Notes: generated by a model from the sequence alone, not told the origin. A stretch of DNA of 64,000 nt from Promethearchaeati archaeon (GCA_013166775.1 JABLTJ010000014.1:32001-96000); one strand, 5' to 3'; shown: positions 29,866-40,405, counted from the stretch's first letter. Translations and numbers: made by a program.

Positions 29866-32800
29866 TCATTCTTCCTTTGATTTATCTTTATGATTTTCCA
29901 AAACATCAAGCACATCCAGAACATCTTCAGAGCTCACTTCTATTTCTGGCATCTCTGTTTTCTTTTTAGCTTTCTTTTCTTCCTTATCTTTTCTAATCGT
30001 TACTGGCTCCAATTCCTTTACAAAATCAGGTTCAGGGATTGTTTCTATTTGCTCCTCTTCTTCTGTTTTCTTTTCTTTTTCTGTGATTACGATTTCTTTT
30101 ATTTCAACATCCGCAGACTCTTCTCCTTCATCTACCATTTTTGGAATTCCATCTCCTAGCTCATCAACTAACTCTGGTTCTGGAATTTCCTCTAGGTCAG
30201 TTTCCTTTGCAGTTTTTTTAATTTCTTCTTCTAGTTCTTCTTCAGGTTCTACTTCTAGTTCCTCTTCAGGTTCTACTTCTAGTTCCTCTTCAGGTTCTAC
30301 TTCTAGTTCCTCTTCAGGTTCTACTTCTAGTTCCTCTTCAGATTCCTCTTCAGGTTTCTTTTCTTCCTCTTCTTCAGGTTCCTTTTCTTCTACTTTAGGT
30401 TCTTCATCTTCAGTTTCAGGTTCTTCTTCGGGTTTTTCGTCCTTCTCTAGGGCTTCTTCAAGTTCTTCTAATTCTTCTTCAATTTCCTCTAATTCTTCAA
30501 CCACATCTTCAACTAAATCTTCAAGTTTTCTAGACTGTATTTTTTCTTCAAGAAGTTCCTCTTCTTGATCTTCTAAAGCTTCTTTTAGTTCATCAAGCTC
30601 CTCAGAAAAATCTTCAACTAAATCTACAAGTTTAGATGCTTTGGGTATCTTTGGAATTTCTGAGATTTCTGAAGTTAACCTATCTGCTTCTTTCTCCTCT
30701 TCTACTGTTTCTTTCTGTTCTTCTTTTTCCTCATCAGTTCCTTCCTCAATAGCTATTAATTCTGCTTCAACATCATCTAATATCCTATCCAAATCTTCTG
30801 GTTTTTCAGGTTCTCCCATAACTGTCTTTACAGGTAATTCAATGATTTTGGATAGATCGTCTTCTAGTAGAAAATCAGAATCAACTGTTATTTCATCTAT
30901 ATCTATAATTTTACTTGGTTCTGGAATAGGTTCTGCAATACCTGCTCGAAAAGTGATATCTTCAAAATATCTTGTTGTGATTTCAGTTAATATTTTATTT
31001 GTTATCTCATCTGTTTTTAGAGGCATCATTTGAGGGAGCTTAAGTTTCAATTCTGCCACATATTTCTCAAATTGCATTTTCATACTGAAAGTCACTTTTT
31101 CAGCAATTGCAACGACAATATGGTCGTTAATTGCTTCAATCAATAATTCAGTACCCTCCTCTTTTACTTCATCAACTATCATAGCTTCTTCTAACACAGT
31201 TTTAGAGAAAAGATTGACAGCTGCGACTATAGAAGGTACTATAGAAGCTGCTTCTTCAACTTCATGTTCAGTAATAAATCTATATTTAATTAGAGCTGTT
31301 TCAGCTTCTACAATTGCAATTCCTTGTAATCTTGTTTCTACTTGTTTAGGTGATTTAATAAATTTGAAACTTTCATATCTCTCCAAAACACCAGCCATTT
31401 TTTCTATATCTTCGAATCCTTTTTCTTCTAATTCTTTTAATTCATCATACTCTGTTTTCTTTTCTTTCTCTACTGCTTTGAGCAGATTGTTAGCTTCTTT
31501 CTGCATATGTTTATAATTGAATTTACTTGCTAAATTATAAGCTTTCAATATATCTTCTATCGCTCTTTCTCTCTTTCCTCCTTGAGCTAGAATCATTCCT
31601 CTTAGCAAGTGCATATCGCACATTAATCGAGGAATAAACTGTTCTTGAGAGATAAAACTTAAGTTATCTAAATATCGCAAAATAGAGGAGTAATCTGCTA
31701 ATTCCTTGGTTTCATTAAAACGTTGCATGAAGATATTCACTAGTTGAAACTGTGTTTTGATTACTAACTCAATATTTCTAAATTCAGTAGCAGTTTTGTA
31801 AGCTTCTTCGAAATAATCTATTGCTGAATCAATATCACCCTTGCGTTTAGAAAGTAATCCCTTAAAGTAATTTATATTTGGTATTTTTCTAGTTTCACCT
31901 GTCTCTTCTAATCTTTTTTCGCTAGTTTTGATAAGTGAATCGGCTTCATCAAGCTCACCTCTTTCAATTGAGATCCAAGCTGATAATAGATAAGGTTCTA
32001 TTAGATTTAGATCATGTCCTTTGTCTAGAAGAAGAGCAGTTTCAATCATGCTCTCCGCTGTTTCATTTTCTTTAAGAAGAATGTTTAATTCAGCGATGTT
32101 TATTGCACTAATTGCTTGAGCTCTGGGATTATGCGAAACTAATTCATAAATTTGTTCAAGTAACTTGATACTCTTTTCAAAATCTCCCCTTGCTAGTTCA
32201 AGTTTAGCAGAATTGTTTAAGAGACTAGCTCGATCAGCTGATAGTCCTGTTTTTTCTGTGGGTACAAGAGCGGCCCCCATCATTTTTTGAGCTTTTCTGA
32301 ATTCTCCTTTATTGATAAGAACAGTAGTAATAAGATTCAAAGCAACAGATTGAAAATAAGGATCATCCATTTTAACTGCAGTCTGAAGTATTCTTCTTGC
32401 AAGATCATCTACTTTATCAAAATTGTTAATTTGAAGGTAAACTTGAGATCCTAAAGTGAGGATTAACAAAGTAAAAAGCTTATTCTCTAATTCATCAGAA
32501 TATTTGTCAAGAAGATGTTCTACTTCAGCTAATGTTGCAATTGCCATTTGATAATTGTGTTCTCCATAGAGAAGTAAGAATTCCATACTTGTTGAAATAA
32601 ATGCATTTCTGGGAAGTTCTAAAGCATCTGTATAATTTTGTTGGAATCTAAGTTTTAGACTAACTATTTTATTTGTCATATTCAGTCTTGCATAAGCATA
32701 AGCTCTATAGAGATAAAATTCTGTTTTCTCAAAAGATTCAGTTAAAGACAAGACTGATTGAAAGTCTCTTAAGCATATAGAAGCGTCTACCGCTAAATCT

Positions 32801-32970
32801 CTAAATTCCTCTGTTATGTTATTATCTGAAGCAAAGGCTATACATTTTTTTGCAAAATTACTTAATGCTTTCGTGTCTCTTGTATCTATATCTGCGATTA
32901 AATCTTCTATGATTTTTTCTTTGAATAAGCTTTTGTGTCTATTAGCAAAAGGTGCAAACATTTCAATCAC
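29866..32970 (-). CDS. TPR-repeat protein with longin/roadblock-like domain and long acidic low-complexity tail
   Basis: TPR-like helices at about aa 150-500; longin-like segment LQGIAIVE...IVPSIVAAVNLFSKTV...IVVAIAE; roughly 350-aa Glu-rich tail. Confidence 0.8.
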   Translation of the reverse strand: MIEMFAPFANRHKSLFKEKIIEDLIADIDTRDTKALSNFAKKCIAFASDNNITEEFRDLAVDASICLRDFQSVLSLTESFEKTEFYLYRAYAYARLNMTNKIVSLKLRFQQNYTDALELPRNAFISTSMEFLLLYGEHNYQMAIATLAEVEHLLDKYSDELENKLFTLLILTLGSQVYLQINNFDKVDDLARRILQTAVKMDDPYFQSVALNLITTVLINKGEFRKAQKMMGAALVPTEKTGLSADRASLLNNSAKLELARGDFEKSIKLLEQIYELVSHNPRAQAISAINIAELNILLKENETAESMIETALLLDKGHDLNLIEPYLLSAWISIERGELDEADSLIKTSEKRLEETGETRKIPNINYFKGLLSKRKGDIDSAIDYFEEAYKTATEFRNIELVIKTQFQLVNIFMQRFNETKELADYSSILRYLDNLSFISQEQFIPRLMCDMHLLRGMILAQGGKRERAIEDILKAYNLASKFNYKHMQKEANNLLKAVEKEKKTEYDELKELEEKGFEDIEKMAGVLERYESFKFIKSPKQVETRLQGIAIVEAETALIKYRFITEHEVEEAASIVPSIVAAVNLFSKTVLEEAMIVDEVKEEGTELLIEAINDHIVVAIAEKVTFSMKMQFEKYVAELKLKLPQMMPLKTDEITNKILTEITTRYFEDITFRAGIAEPIPEPSKIIDIDEITVDSDFLLEDDLSKIIELPVKTVMGEPEKPEDLDRILDDVEAELIAIEEGTDEEKEEQKETVEEEKEADRLTSEISEIPKIPKASKLVDLVEDFSEELDELKEALEDQEEELLEEKIQSRKLEDLVEDVVEELEEIEEELEELEEALEKDEKPEEEPETEDEEPKVEEKEPEEEEEKKPEEESEEELEVEPEEELEVEPEEELEVEPEEELEVEPEEELEEEIKKTAKETDLEEIPEPELVDELGDGIPKMVDEGEESADVEIKEIVITEKEKKTEEEEQIETIPEPDFVKELEPVTIRKDKEEKKAKKKTEMPEIEVSSEDVLDVLDVLENHKDKSKEE
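30229..30341. repeat. 24-bp tandem repeat, about 4.7 copies, encoding (EEELEVEP)n
   Basis: Unit TTCTAGTTCYTCTTCAGGTTCTAC at 30229, 30253, 30277 and 30301, with a partial copy at 30325. Confidence 0.95.
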
Positions 32971-33086
32971 CAGGAATTTGGTTGGAATTCTCCTCTTTTT
33001 CTTCTTAGCTCAAATTAAATTCTTAATAGTTTATAGTAGATTCTTGTTATTTAAATCTTTCAGCATTAAAGTTAAATCTTGGATGA

Positions 33087-34361
33087 TTAGATGCGTTCTC
33101 CGTTGCTAGAAAGGATTGGAGCTGTTTCACTTTCTTTCTCCTTATTTTTCAAGAATAATTGCATAATTATTGGAATCATAATTGCAATAGGATAACCTAA
33201 AGTAGCTATCGGAAAAGTCCATGCACCCAATGCAACATAAATGAATGATCCTGCTTGTGTACCTAGAGATCTAGCTAACCTTCTTCCTGCTCCAACGAAT
33301 CCAGTTGAAGTTCCCCTATATTTCGGAGGGAGCCATCCATAGAAAAACGAGTTCCATGCAGGTCTAGACATATTTGCAGCTGTACTTCTTGTAACGAAGA
33401 AAATTGATACAGTCCACAGCGTTCCACCTAGTGATATGCCTAAAGCTAAAAGTGGAACTAAGAAATGAAGAACTGCTAGAGACTTTTCATTACCAAATCG
33501 ATTGCTTATCTTAACCATGAGCAAGCTACCAAGAGCAATTCCAACATTTGATGCTGCAAGAATTACACTCCAAAGAATATCACTAGTTTGAAAATCTGTA
33601 ATAATGTAATATTGAACAAAGGGTATTGCTATACCAGAAGTAAAGCCTATTATTGCTTCACAAACAAAAAAAGCTACTAACTGAAAACCGATAGGTTTTT
33701 TGTTTTTATTTTCGTATGATTTCCAAACTTCACCTTTTGCTATTTCACTCGCATCTTCTTTCGATGTTTCAGGTATTGGAAATTTAAAAGCCAATAACAT
33801 CGTAAGGAACAGAAATGCAGAGACAAAGAGCATTAGTGACATGTACGATTGTTTCTGAGATTGAAACAGATTAAATACTGTGAGGAAGGCTCCGCCTAAT
33901 AAAGGGGCTATAACTCCTGCAACATTCCAGAAGAATGCCATATAACCAAAGAATCTTGTTTTCTCTTTTTTGGTAGGTGTCACGTCTGCCATAAGTGTTG
34001 TTAGAGATATTTGAGCTAATTGTCCAGATACTCCAAAGAGAGAATAAGCTGCTATCATCCATCCCTTGATTTCTGATACACTAGAGAAATAAAATAGCAG
34101 CATTGATAAGGCTGAAATTCCAATCCCAACAATCAATGTGTATTTTCTTTTTTTCACATCTGTAATATATCCTAAACCGATAATCACTCCTGTAGCTAAG
34201 TATCCAGCAACAGAAAAAAGAAGTCCATAAAAATACTCATTCCATTCAAGGAAGATAAGAAACAAAGGTACGAGATATCGAATTAATCTTGTGTTGAAAC
34301 CAACCAGAGTTCTAAATAAGATGATGGGGACAACTTTCTGATTCTTAGTATTGCTGAACAT
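33087..34361 (-). CDS. MFS transporter
   Basis: 12 hydrophobic segments; GYITDVKKRK and KISNRFGNEK loop motifs. Confidence 0.85.
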   Translation of the reverse strand: MFSNTKNQKVVPIILFRTLVGFNTRLIRYLVPLFLIFLEWNEYFYGLLFSVAGYLATGVIIGLGYITDVKKRKYTLIVGIGISALSMLLFYFSSVSEIKGWMIAAYSLFGVSGQLAQISLTTLMADVTPTKKEKTRFFGYMAFFWNVAGVIAPLLGGAFLTVFNLFQSQKQSYMSLMLFVSAFLFLTMLLAFKFPIPETSKEDASEIAKGEVWKSYENKNKKPIGFQLVAFFVCEAIIGFTSGIAIPFVQYYIITDFQTSDILWSVILAASNVGIALGSLLMVKISNRFGNEKSLAVLHFLVPLLALGISLGGTLWTVSIFFVTRSTAANMSRPAWNSFFYGWLPPKYRGTSTGFVGAGRRLARSLGTQAGSFIYVALGAWTFPIATLGYPIAIMIPIIMQLFLKNKEKESETAPILSSNGERI

Positions 34362-34455
34362 GATTCTTAACTCGATTAAACATGAATGAAACTGATTGTT
34401 GGATGAGAAAAACTCAAATTAATTAAGCTTGTGTTAGGTAAAAGAAAGAAGATGT

Positions 34456-35289
34456 TCACTTCTTATCTCTAACTAGGATTTTCTCAATTAGTTCTACTAA
34501 TGGTTCACTATGAGCTGCAACATTTGTTTCCAAATCAAAATATTCGGAATTTTTAACCGCCTTGTAGACTCTTTTTGTCCATTCAGCTTCATGAGCTTTA
34601 TCTTTCTCAGCTCCGACCATTATGCATTTTGCATCAACTGTAGCTAGCTCTTCCTCTTTAATTCGGAATTTTCTTATTTTGATTAAGGTTTTTCGGATCT
34701 TTTTAACATCATAACTGTCAAAATAGCCATAATATTTCTTCAATTGATCCTTTTGTGTTCTATCCAAATAAAAATATTTAATATAAAATTTTGCAAAAGG
34801 TTTAATGAAAAGCTTCCAGACTATTGGATAACAAATATAAACAAAAGGCCAAGACCAATCTGGGATCTCAGTTTTTTGTATAGGTCCAACTAGAAAAGTG
34901 TATGTTGGTTTCATAAGTTTCATGCTTAGGGATCTAAGAATAAAAGCAGCACCCATTGAAGAAGCTACCATGAAATACTCATCCAGCATCAGATAATCCA
35001 TAATCTGAGCAATATCCTTAGCAAATCTATTAAAGGTCAAATCTGGTTTTTTCTTCAATTCTGCAGTATGTTTCTCACGACTCTCAATAATATAAATTCT
35101 ATAATCATCTTTCATTCTTAAGAGGAGTTTATCCCATGCTGAGGGAAGAGAACCAAACCCTGGAATTAGGACTAAAGTCCCTTTGACTTCTTTTTCAGGT
35201 TCATATGAAAGAACACGTAAATTCTCATTCCCTTCTTCCCCTACTTGGACACGTAATACTGATGCGAATTTCTCAAATTCAGAGCTCAT
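34456..35289 (-). CDS. Alpha/beta hydrolase
   Basis: LIPGFG oxyanion loop, ASSMG nucleophile elbow, GAEKD, AAHS. Confidence 0.8.
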   Translation of the reverse strand: MSSEFEKFASVLRVQVGEEGNENLRVLSYEPEKEVKGTLVLIPGFGSLPSAWDKLLLRMKDDYRIYIIESREKHTAELKKKPDLTFNRFAKDIAQIMDYLMLDEYFMVASSMGAAFILRSLSMKLMKPTYTFLVGPIQKTEIPDWSWPFVYICYPIVWKLFIKPFAKFYIKYFYLDRTQKDQLKKYYGYFDSYDVKKIRKTLIKIRKFRIKEEELATVDAKCIMVGAEKDKAHEAEWTKRVYKAVKNSEYFDLETNVAAHSEPLVELIEKILVRDKK

Positions 35290-35374
35290 AAGCCAAATGA
35301 AAATAAGTATTTATTAAATTTATTCCAAAAATCATTATCTAGAAAAGACTAAATATGACCAATATTCAATTCTT

Positions 35375-36538
35375 ATGAGTCAAGTGAGAGAACAATCACT
35401 CATAGATGAAGCAATATCAGAATTTAAGAAGAAAGATTCAAACATTATTTCTATTTTTGATAATCGCATGTGCAATTATTGTGGTGCTTGTTATCTTGTT
35501 TGTCCCGTTGAAGCAATTTCTTATGAAGATGGGAACATAGAAGTAAGTGAAGATTGCATTTTTTGCGAGAAATGTCTAAATATTTGTTCTCAAAATCAAG
35601 AGCACCGATATTCCAAAGATTTTCAGTTGAGAGAAAGAAATGATTCCATTCTCAAGATTGAACCTAAAATGAATAAGATTCCTTTTGGGGAGATAATCAG
35701 TTTATACAATTGTAAATCGGGGAGAAGAGATAGGAAAGAATTTGCCATGGTTGGAGGTGCTGTTACATCGATTCTCGAATGCGCAATTAAAGAGGGAATA
35801 ATTGACGGAGCTATTACCATAGATTTCAGTTCAGGAAGAATTTTTCCAAGTTCTGTTTTAATTACTAATCCTGATGATTTACTAAGAGTAGCTGGGAGTA
35901 GATACTTACCAACTTATTCTTTGTACATACTAAAAGAACTGCATATGATGGATAATATATCCTCTGTTGCAATCGTTACATTACCATGCCAAGCTTATGT
36001 AATTGATAAAATAAGAAAAGACAATGATACAAAAGAATTGATTAAGAAAATAAAAGTAGTTATAACCCTCTTGTGTGGAAATGGTTTACCTTCAAGAGAT
36101 GAAGTTGCAGAATTTCTATCTAAACAAGGATTGAACCTCGAAAATCATAATTTTAAAGCATATAGGGAAAAAGCAGTTTCTAAGCCTTATCTAAATCCAA
36201 TGAATAAAAATAGATACGTTTATGAAGAAAACAGCGGTAAAAAGAAATCTTTTGCCTCTAAAAGGGTATTCCACACAAGAGGAGAGAAGCATTGCGGTCT
36301 AATTTGTCCAGATTATACAGGTATAGCAAGTGATATTTCAGTTGGTGGATCTGGGTTATCTAAGAATATTGTTATAACAAGATCCGATGAAGGAGAAAAA
36401 TTAACAAAACTAGCAATTGATAAAGGATATTTAGTCAAACTTTCAAAATTCTCTAAATTGAACAGAATCGTTGTGAATTTTATGGGAAATCGCAAAAGAG
36501 AAAACATAAGAAAAGCATATAAGAGAACATTTACTTAA
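35375..36538 (+). CDS. F420 hydrogenase/dehydrogenase beta-subunit family (FrhB/FdhB/FpoF-like) with 2x[4Fe-4S] domain
   Basis: CNYCGACYLVCP and CIFCEKCLNIC; GGAVTSIL, AGSRY, LPCQ, CGLICPD..SDISVGG. Confidence 0.85.
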   Translation: MSQVREQSLIDEAISEFKKKDSNIISIFDNRMCNYCGACYLVCPVEAISYEDGNIEVSEDCIFCEKCLNICSQNQEHRYSKDFQLRERNDSILKIEPKMNKIPFGEIISLYNCKSGRRDRKEFAMVGGAVTSILECAIKEGIIDGAITIDFSSGRIFPSSVLITNPDDLLRVAGSRYLPTYSLYILKELHMMDNISSVAIVTLPCQAYVIDKIRKDNDTKELIKKIKVVITLLCGNGLPSRDEVAEFLSKQGLNLENHNFKAYREKAVSKPYLNPMNKNRYVYEENSGKKKSFASKRVFHTRGEKHCGLICPDYTGIASDISVGGSGLSKNIVITRSDEGEKLTKLAIDKGYLVKLSKFSKLNRIVVNFMGNRKRENIRKAYKRTFT

Positions 36539-36594
36539 TTAAAGCCTTAATTAAAGAAAAGTTAAATAATATAGACAAACAGCTCCAATAACCA

Positions 36595-38046
36595 ATGATG
36601 CCACTAGATCAAATAGGCTACTTAATCATGTCTCTTGGAGCAATTCTAGTCGCGGGATTCATTGGCGCTCATTTTCTGAAAAAAATACACATTCCACAAG
36701 TTTTAGGATTTATTTTGATGGGAATAATACTTGGGTTACCAAACAGATATATTAGTGAATTTATATCTCCTACCTTAATTAATCAAATAACACCTATTTT
36801 AGTAACGGTAGCTCTTGGAATAATTGGTTTTAATATTGGAGCAGAATTATCATGGAAGGAGCTTAAAAAAATAGATCGAAAACTGTTAGTAGTTTTAATA
36901 GCTGATAGTATAGGAACATTTCTAGTTATATCTGTTCTAGTTGGGGTCATTGCAACTCGAATTTATGGTGATCCTATATGGTGGAATTTTGCATTTATTC
37001 TCGGAGCTTTAGGTAGCGCAACTGCTCCCGCTGCAACTGCAGATGTGTTATGGGAAAACAAGTCAAAAGGGCCTCTTACACAAGCTATCCTTTTTATTTT
37101 AGCAGTTGATGATATAATTTCCATTGTACTTGTTCAAATAACATCAAATGTTACTTATGCTAAACTACCTGGTCAAAAATTAGATGCTTTACATATTTTC
37201 ACTGAATTTTCCATAGAAGTCTTTGCAGCTTTAGGAATCGGAATTCTTGCAGGAATAATAATCACGTGGGCAATAAATCGAGTCAAAGATCACGGTGAAA
37301 TATTAGAGGTCATAATTGGTGCTCTTATAATTATAATTGGAACAACTTTAGCTATACATTCCTCAGCAATTTTAGGAGCAATGGCATTTGGAATAATAAT
37401 AGCAACTTTCACGAAATCCAAGAAAAAAACGGATAGTGTTTTTCATGACATTTTTAAGATTGGAAGTCCTATAGTAGCTCTATTCTTTATTATAGTTGGT
37501 TTTAATATAAATCCTGCAAATTTAAGATTAATAGGGATTTTAGGGGCTCTTTACTTAGTTGGAAGAACAATAGGCAAAGTGGGATTCGTAACCATAACAG
37601 CAAGAGCAATGAAAACAGAAAGAGTAATAAGCAAATATCTTGGTTTTACTCTTTTTTCGCAAGCAGGTGTAGCTTTAGGACTTGCAGTGAGTATAGATTC
37701 AAGATTTCGAGGTACTCTATATGAAGAACAAGCTAACCTTATACTTACAACAATTACCGGGACAATCATCATTGTTCAGATAATAGGACCTTTGCTAGTT
37801 AGGTGGGCGATACACAGAGCGGGAGAGGTAGGAGGAAAACTAGAAAAGGATCTGGTTGAGGAAGCTACAATGAGAAACAAAGACGAAGAAGTGGATGAAG
37901 AAAAGAATGATAAGGTATACATGAATGATGAAAAATCTGAAGATGATCCAGGTCTTGTCAGCATCAGTGATAGGTTTTCGAAACTAAGATTACCAAGAAA
38001 ACTCAAAGAGAGAGATTATATTCGGAAGAAACGTAAAAAGCATTAA
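36595..38046 (+). CDS. Cation:proton antiporter (CPA2/Kef-type)
   Basis: IPQVLGFILMG, SATAPAAT, AVDD, GRTIGK, QAGVALGL motifs. Confidence 0.88.
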   Translation: MMPLDQIGYLIMSLGAILVAGFIGAHFLKKIHIPQVLGFILMGIILGLPNRYISEFISPTLINQITPILVTVALGIIGFNIGAELSWKELKKIDRKLLVVLIADSIGTFLVISVLVGVIATRIYGDPIWWNFAFILGALGSATAPAATADVLWENKSKGPLTQAILFILAVDDIISIVLVQITSNVTYAKLPGQKLDALHIFTEFSIEVFAALGIGILAGIIITWAINRVKDHGEILEVIIGALIIIIGTTLAIHSSAILGAMAFGIIIATFTKSKKKTDSVFHDIFKIGSPIVALFFIIVGFNINPANLRLIGILGALYLVGRTIGKVGFVTITARAMKTERVISKYLGFTLFSQAGVALGLAVSIDSRFRGTLYEEQANLILTTITGTIIIVQIIGPLLVRWAIHRAGEVGGKLEKDLVEEATMRNKDEEVDEEKNDKVYMNDEKSEDDPGLVSISDRFSKLRLPRKLKERDYIRKKRKKH

Positions 38047-38056
38047 TACGAATTAT

Positions 38057-38476
38057 TCAGCTATCCTCTTTTTTCATTAAGTATCGATCAGCAAAGTGTT
38101 GAATAATCTCTTTAGCGGAATCGTAATTTAGGTTAAGTTGTTCTCCCCATATACTTTTTGCTCTTTCAAGTTTATTCATCAATAAACCTAATTTCAATCC
38201 TGTTATTGTATTCCGAGTAAATAATTCACTTCCTTGGAAATTTAATACTCCATACTCCTGCATAAGTTTTCCATAATCTTGACATAACTCATTGTATTCT
38301 GCACTGATTTGATCTAGATCTGCATTCAATTTCTCTGAATCAGATAGATCTGCGTCTTCTAAATCTTGTATGTAAACATAATAATCTAATAATTGAGTTA
38401 CCATATCTTCTACATCTGAAACTATGTCAATTGTTGTATCGGGGATTAGTATCCTGTATTTCTTCTTTTTGTACAT
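38057..38476 (-). CDS. Hypothetical protein (helical/coiled-coil)
   Basis: 139-aa ORF in a tightly spaced three-gene run. Confidence 0.65.
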   Translation of the reverse strand: MYKKKKYRILIPDTTIDIVSDVEDMVTQLLDYYVYIQDLEDADLSDSEKLNADLDQISAEYNELCQDYGKLMQEYGVLNFQGSELFTRNTITGLKLGLLMNKLERAKSIWGEQLNLNYDSAKEIIQHFADRYLMKKEDS

Positions 38477-38484
38477 AATATTAC

Positions 38485-38853
38485 CTAATTTACTTTATTT
38501 AATGTTTCAAGTGATTGTCCAAGCTCTACAATTGTCAAATAATCATCTTCGTATTCAATAAGAAGGTCTCTCTGAAGCTTTGTTTTCTTTTTTATTTCTA
38601 CAATATCATCTGAGCGTTGATTTATTTTTTGTTTTAATAATCTAACATTGAAGAAAGTAAGTATTTTCTCCCAAATTCTTTTATCTTTGTAACCAATAAA
38701 ATCTTCAAAAAAACTCTCAATATCAGTCAAAATTTCTTCTGGATGTTTATTACTTCTTTCTGATAGCTTGAGTAATATCTGTTTCTGCTTATAATTGAGC
38801 TCATATTTAACGTACTTTTTTTTCTCAATATTCGTCATTGAAAATTTCACCAT
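38485..38853 (-). CDS. Hypothetical protein
   Basis: 122-aa ORF, tightly coupled to its neighbours. Confidence 0.6.
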   Translation of the reverse strand: MVKFSMTNIEKKKYVKYELNYKQKQILLKLSERSNKHPEEILTDIESFFEDFIGYKDKRIWEKILTFFNVRLLKQKINQRSDDIVEIKKKTKLQRDLLIEYEDDYLTIVELGQSLETLNKVN

Positions 38854-39362
38854 ATTTTTTGCTGGATTTTTTTCTCTATAACTAATGTATCGACAGCCGT
38901 TAAAGACATAACTTCTAAGGTTTTTGCTATTGTTACACTATCATTAAAATCTGGATCAAGACCAGCAATTCCTACTGCATGAACAATCTCATAAATTGCC
39001 AGGTTTTCATCTCCATTATAATCTAGATGTTTTATTAATTTAGCCTCAAAAGAAACGACAGAGTGATTGTAAATAGGAGCGGAAATTTTATTTCCATTTT
39101 TTAATAATTTAGATCCCAGTTGATCCTTATTATATGCTGAAATTAAAATTCTATCTTCTCCTTTTCTAAGTAAATTCAATGAGAGTTCCTTTGGTACTCC
39201 ATTCTTTGTAAGAGCTATTAAAACTCTACACTCACTGAGAGGAAAGTATTTTGTAAGTACATAGAGATCTTGATTTTCTATACTTCCTCCAATACCGAGT
39301 AATGGACTAATTGAAACTAAAAAATTGCATAAATCTTGAGGTAATTTTACCAGATCAAACAT
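38847..39362 (-). CDS. Divergent flavin-reductase-like (split-barrel) protein
   Basis: KISAPIYNHSVVSFEAKLIKHLDYNGDENLAIYEIV resembles the P.I.....lEC.l....GDH.l.igEV motif, but lacks the Cys and His. Confidence 0.5.
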   Translation of the reverse strand: MFDLVKLPQDLCNFLVSISPLLGIGGSIENQDLYVLTKYFPLSECRVLIALTKNGVPKELSLNLLRKGEDRILISAYNKDQLGSKLLKNGNKISAPIYNHSVVSFEAKLIKHLDYNGDENLAIYEIVHAVGIAGLDPDFNDSVTIAKTLEVMSLTAVDTLVIEKKIQQKIW

Positions 39363-39463
39363 ACAAATATCATTTTGACTACCATTTAAGAAAGTTATCT
39401 TTATTTTTACTTTCTCACAAACTATTTCGAAGAAGTTATATTCTATAATGAAATAGATTTATT

Positions 39464-39826
39464 ATGGAAGAGATTAATTTCAACGAATACATGGAAAAAT
39501 CAAGTTTCATGCTCGAAAAATATAGAAATAATCTTGATCATCTGAGAAGAATAATACATAATATTGAAAAAAGCTTCTTCCTGCCCATAGAAATGGTTGA
39601 GTACTTTTATAGTAATAAAAGTGAATACTATACTTGGCTTCAAACACAAGATTCGATCATATCATTAGAAGATGCATATAATGAATTAGTAGGGAGTATG
39701 TTAGACGCTATAGCTGCTCCAGATGATTTTAATTATTTCTTAAAAGATCAGAGAATACCAGTTCTGCAAGTTATTGAACCTGAAGAAGAAGAATCAACTG
39801 AGAATGATGAGGAATTAACTGTTTAG
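39464..39826 (+). CDS. Hypothetical protein with acidic tail
   Basis: 120-aa ORF divergent from 39362; no family recognised. Confidence 0.65.
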   Translation: MEEINFNEYMEKSSFMLEKYRNNLDHLRRIIHNIEKSFFLPIEMVEYFYSNKSEYYTWLQTQDSIISLEDAYNELVGSMLDAIAAPDDFNYFLKDQRIPVLQVIEPEEEESTENDEELTV

Positions 39827-39828
39827 AG

Positions 39829-40371
39829 TTAACTTCTTAGTCGTCTAAATAAATCAGTAAGAATACCACCTGTAACTCCCCAAATCTTGTAGCTTTTATA
39901 CCTATAATATGGAAGATTTAATCCTTCAAAATCTCCCATTACGTTGTTTTCAGGTTTGATTAATTCAGTTATGGGAGCGAGAAAATAGTGTTCAACCTCT
40001 AAATTGTTAATCCTTATCTTAGAGTTCTCCTCCACTAAACCAACAAAAGGCAACACATAATAATTGCTAATTGTGATTGATGGATTCAAGCTACCAATTA
40101 GGTTAATTTTATCGCTACTTATTCCTACTTCTTCTAATGTTTCTCGAAGAGCTGTGGTTTGAAGGTTCATATCCTCTTCATCAAAACGACCTCCAGGAAA
40201 TGAGATTTGACCTTGATGGTGTCTTACTATCTGAGTTCTAAGTGTGAATAAAATCCTTTCACTTTCTGAAAAGATTGGGATTAAAACTGCAGCTAATTTT
40301 AAATTTTTAATTGGTTCAATAGGAGCATCTAGAGGATCAACAGTGTTTCTAATTTTTTCAAGAATGTTCAT
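39829..40371 (-). CDS. Nudix hydrolase, CoA pyrophosphatase (NudL/PCD1 family)
   Basis: AAVLIP, LFTLR....HQGQISFPGG, ALRETLEEVG, IWGVTG. Confidence 0.9.
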   Translation of the reverse strand: MNILEKIRNTVDPLDAPIEPIKNLKLAAVLIPIFSESERILFTLRTQIVRHHQGQISFPGGRFDEEDMNLQTTALRETLEEVGISSDKINLIGSLNPSITISNYYVLPFVGLVEENSKIRINNLEVEHYFLAPITELIKPENNVMGDFEGLNLPYYRYKSYKIWGVTGGILTDLFRRLRS

Positions 40372-40405
40372 TTTACTATCACATAAAAATAAGAAAGAAA
40401 AGAAA

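Noticed and set aside
30229-30341. 24-bp repeats as a CRISPR array
   Set aside because: No spacers; they form an in-frame coding tandem repeat, and no cas genes are present.
30083-31516. Ser-rich plus-strand ORFs (SSSSGSTSSSS...)
   Set aside because: Antisense shadows of the Glu-rich minus-strand gene.
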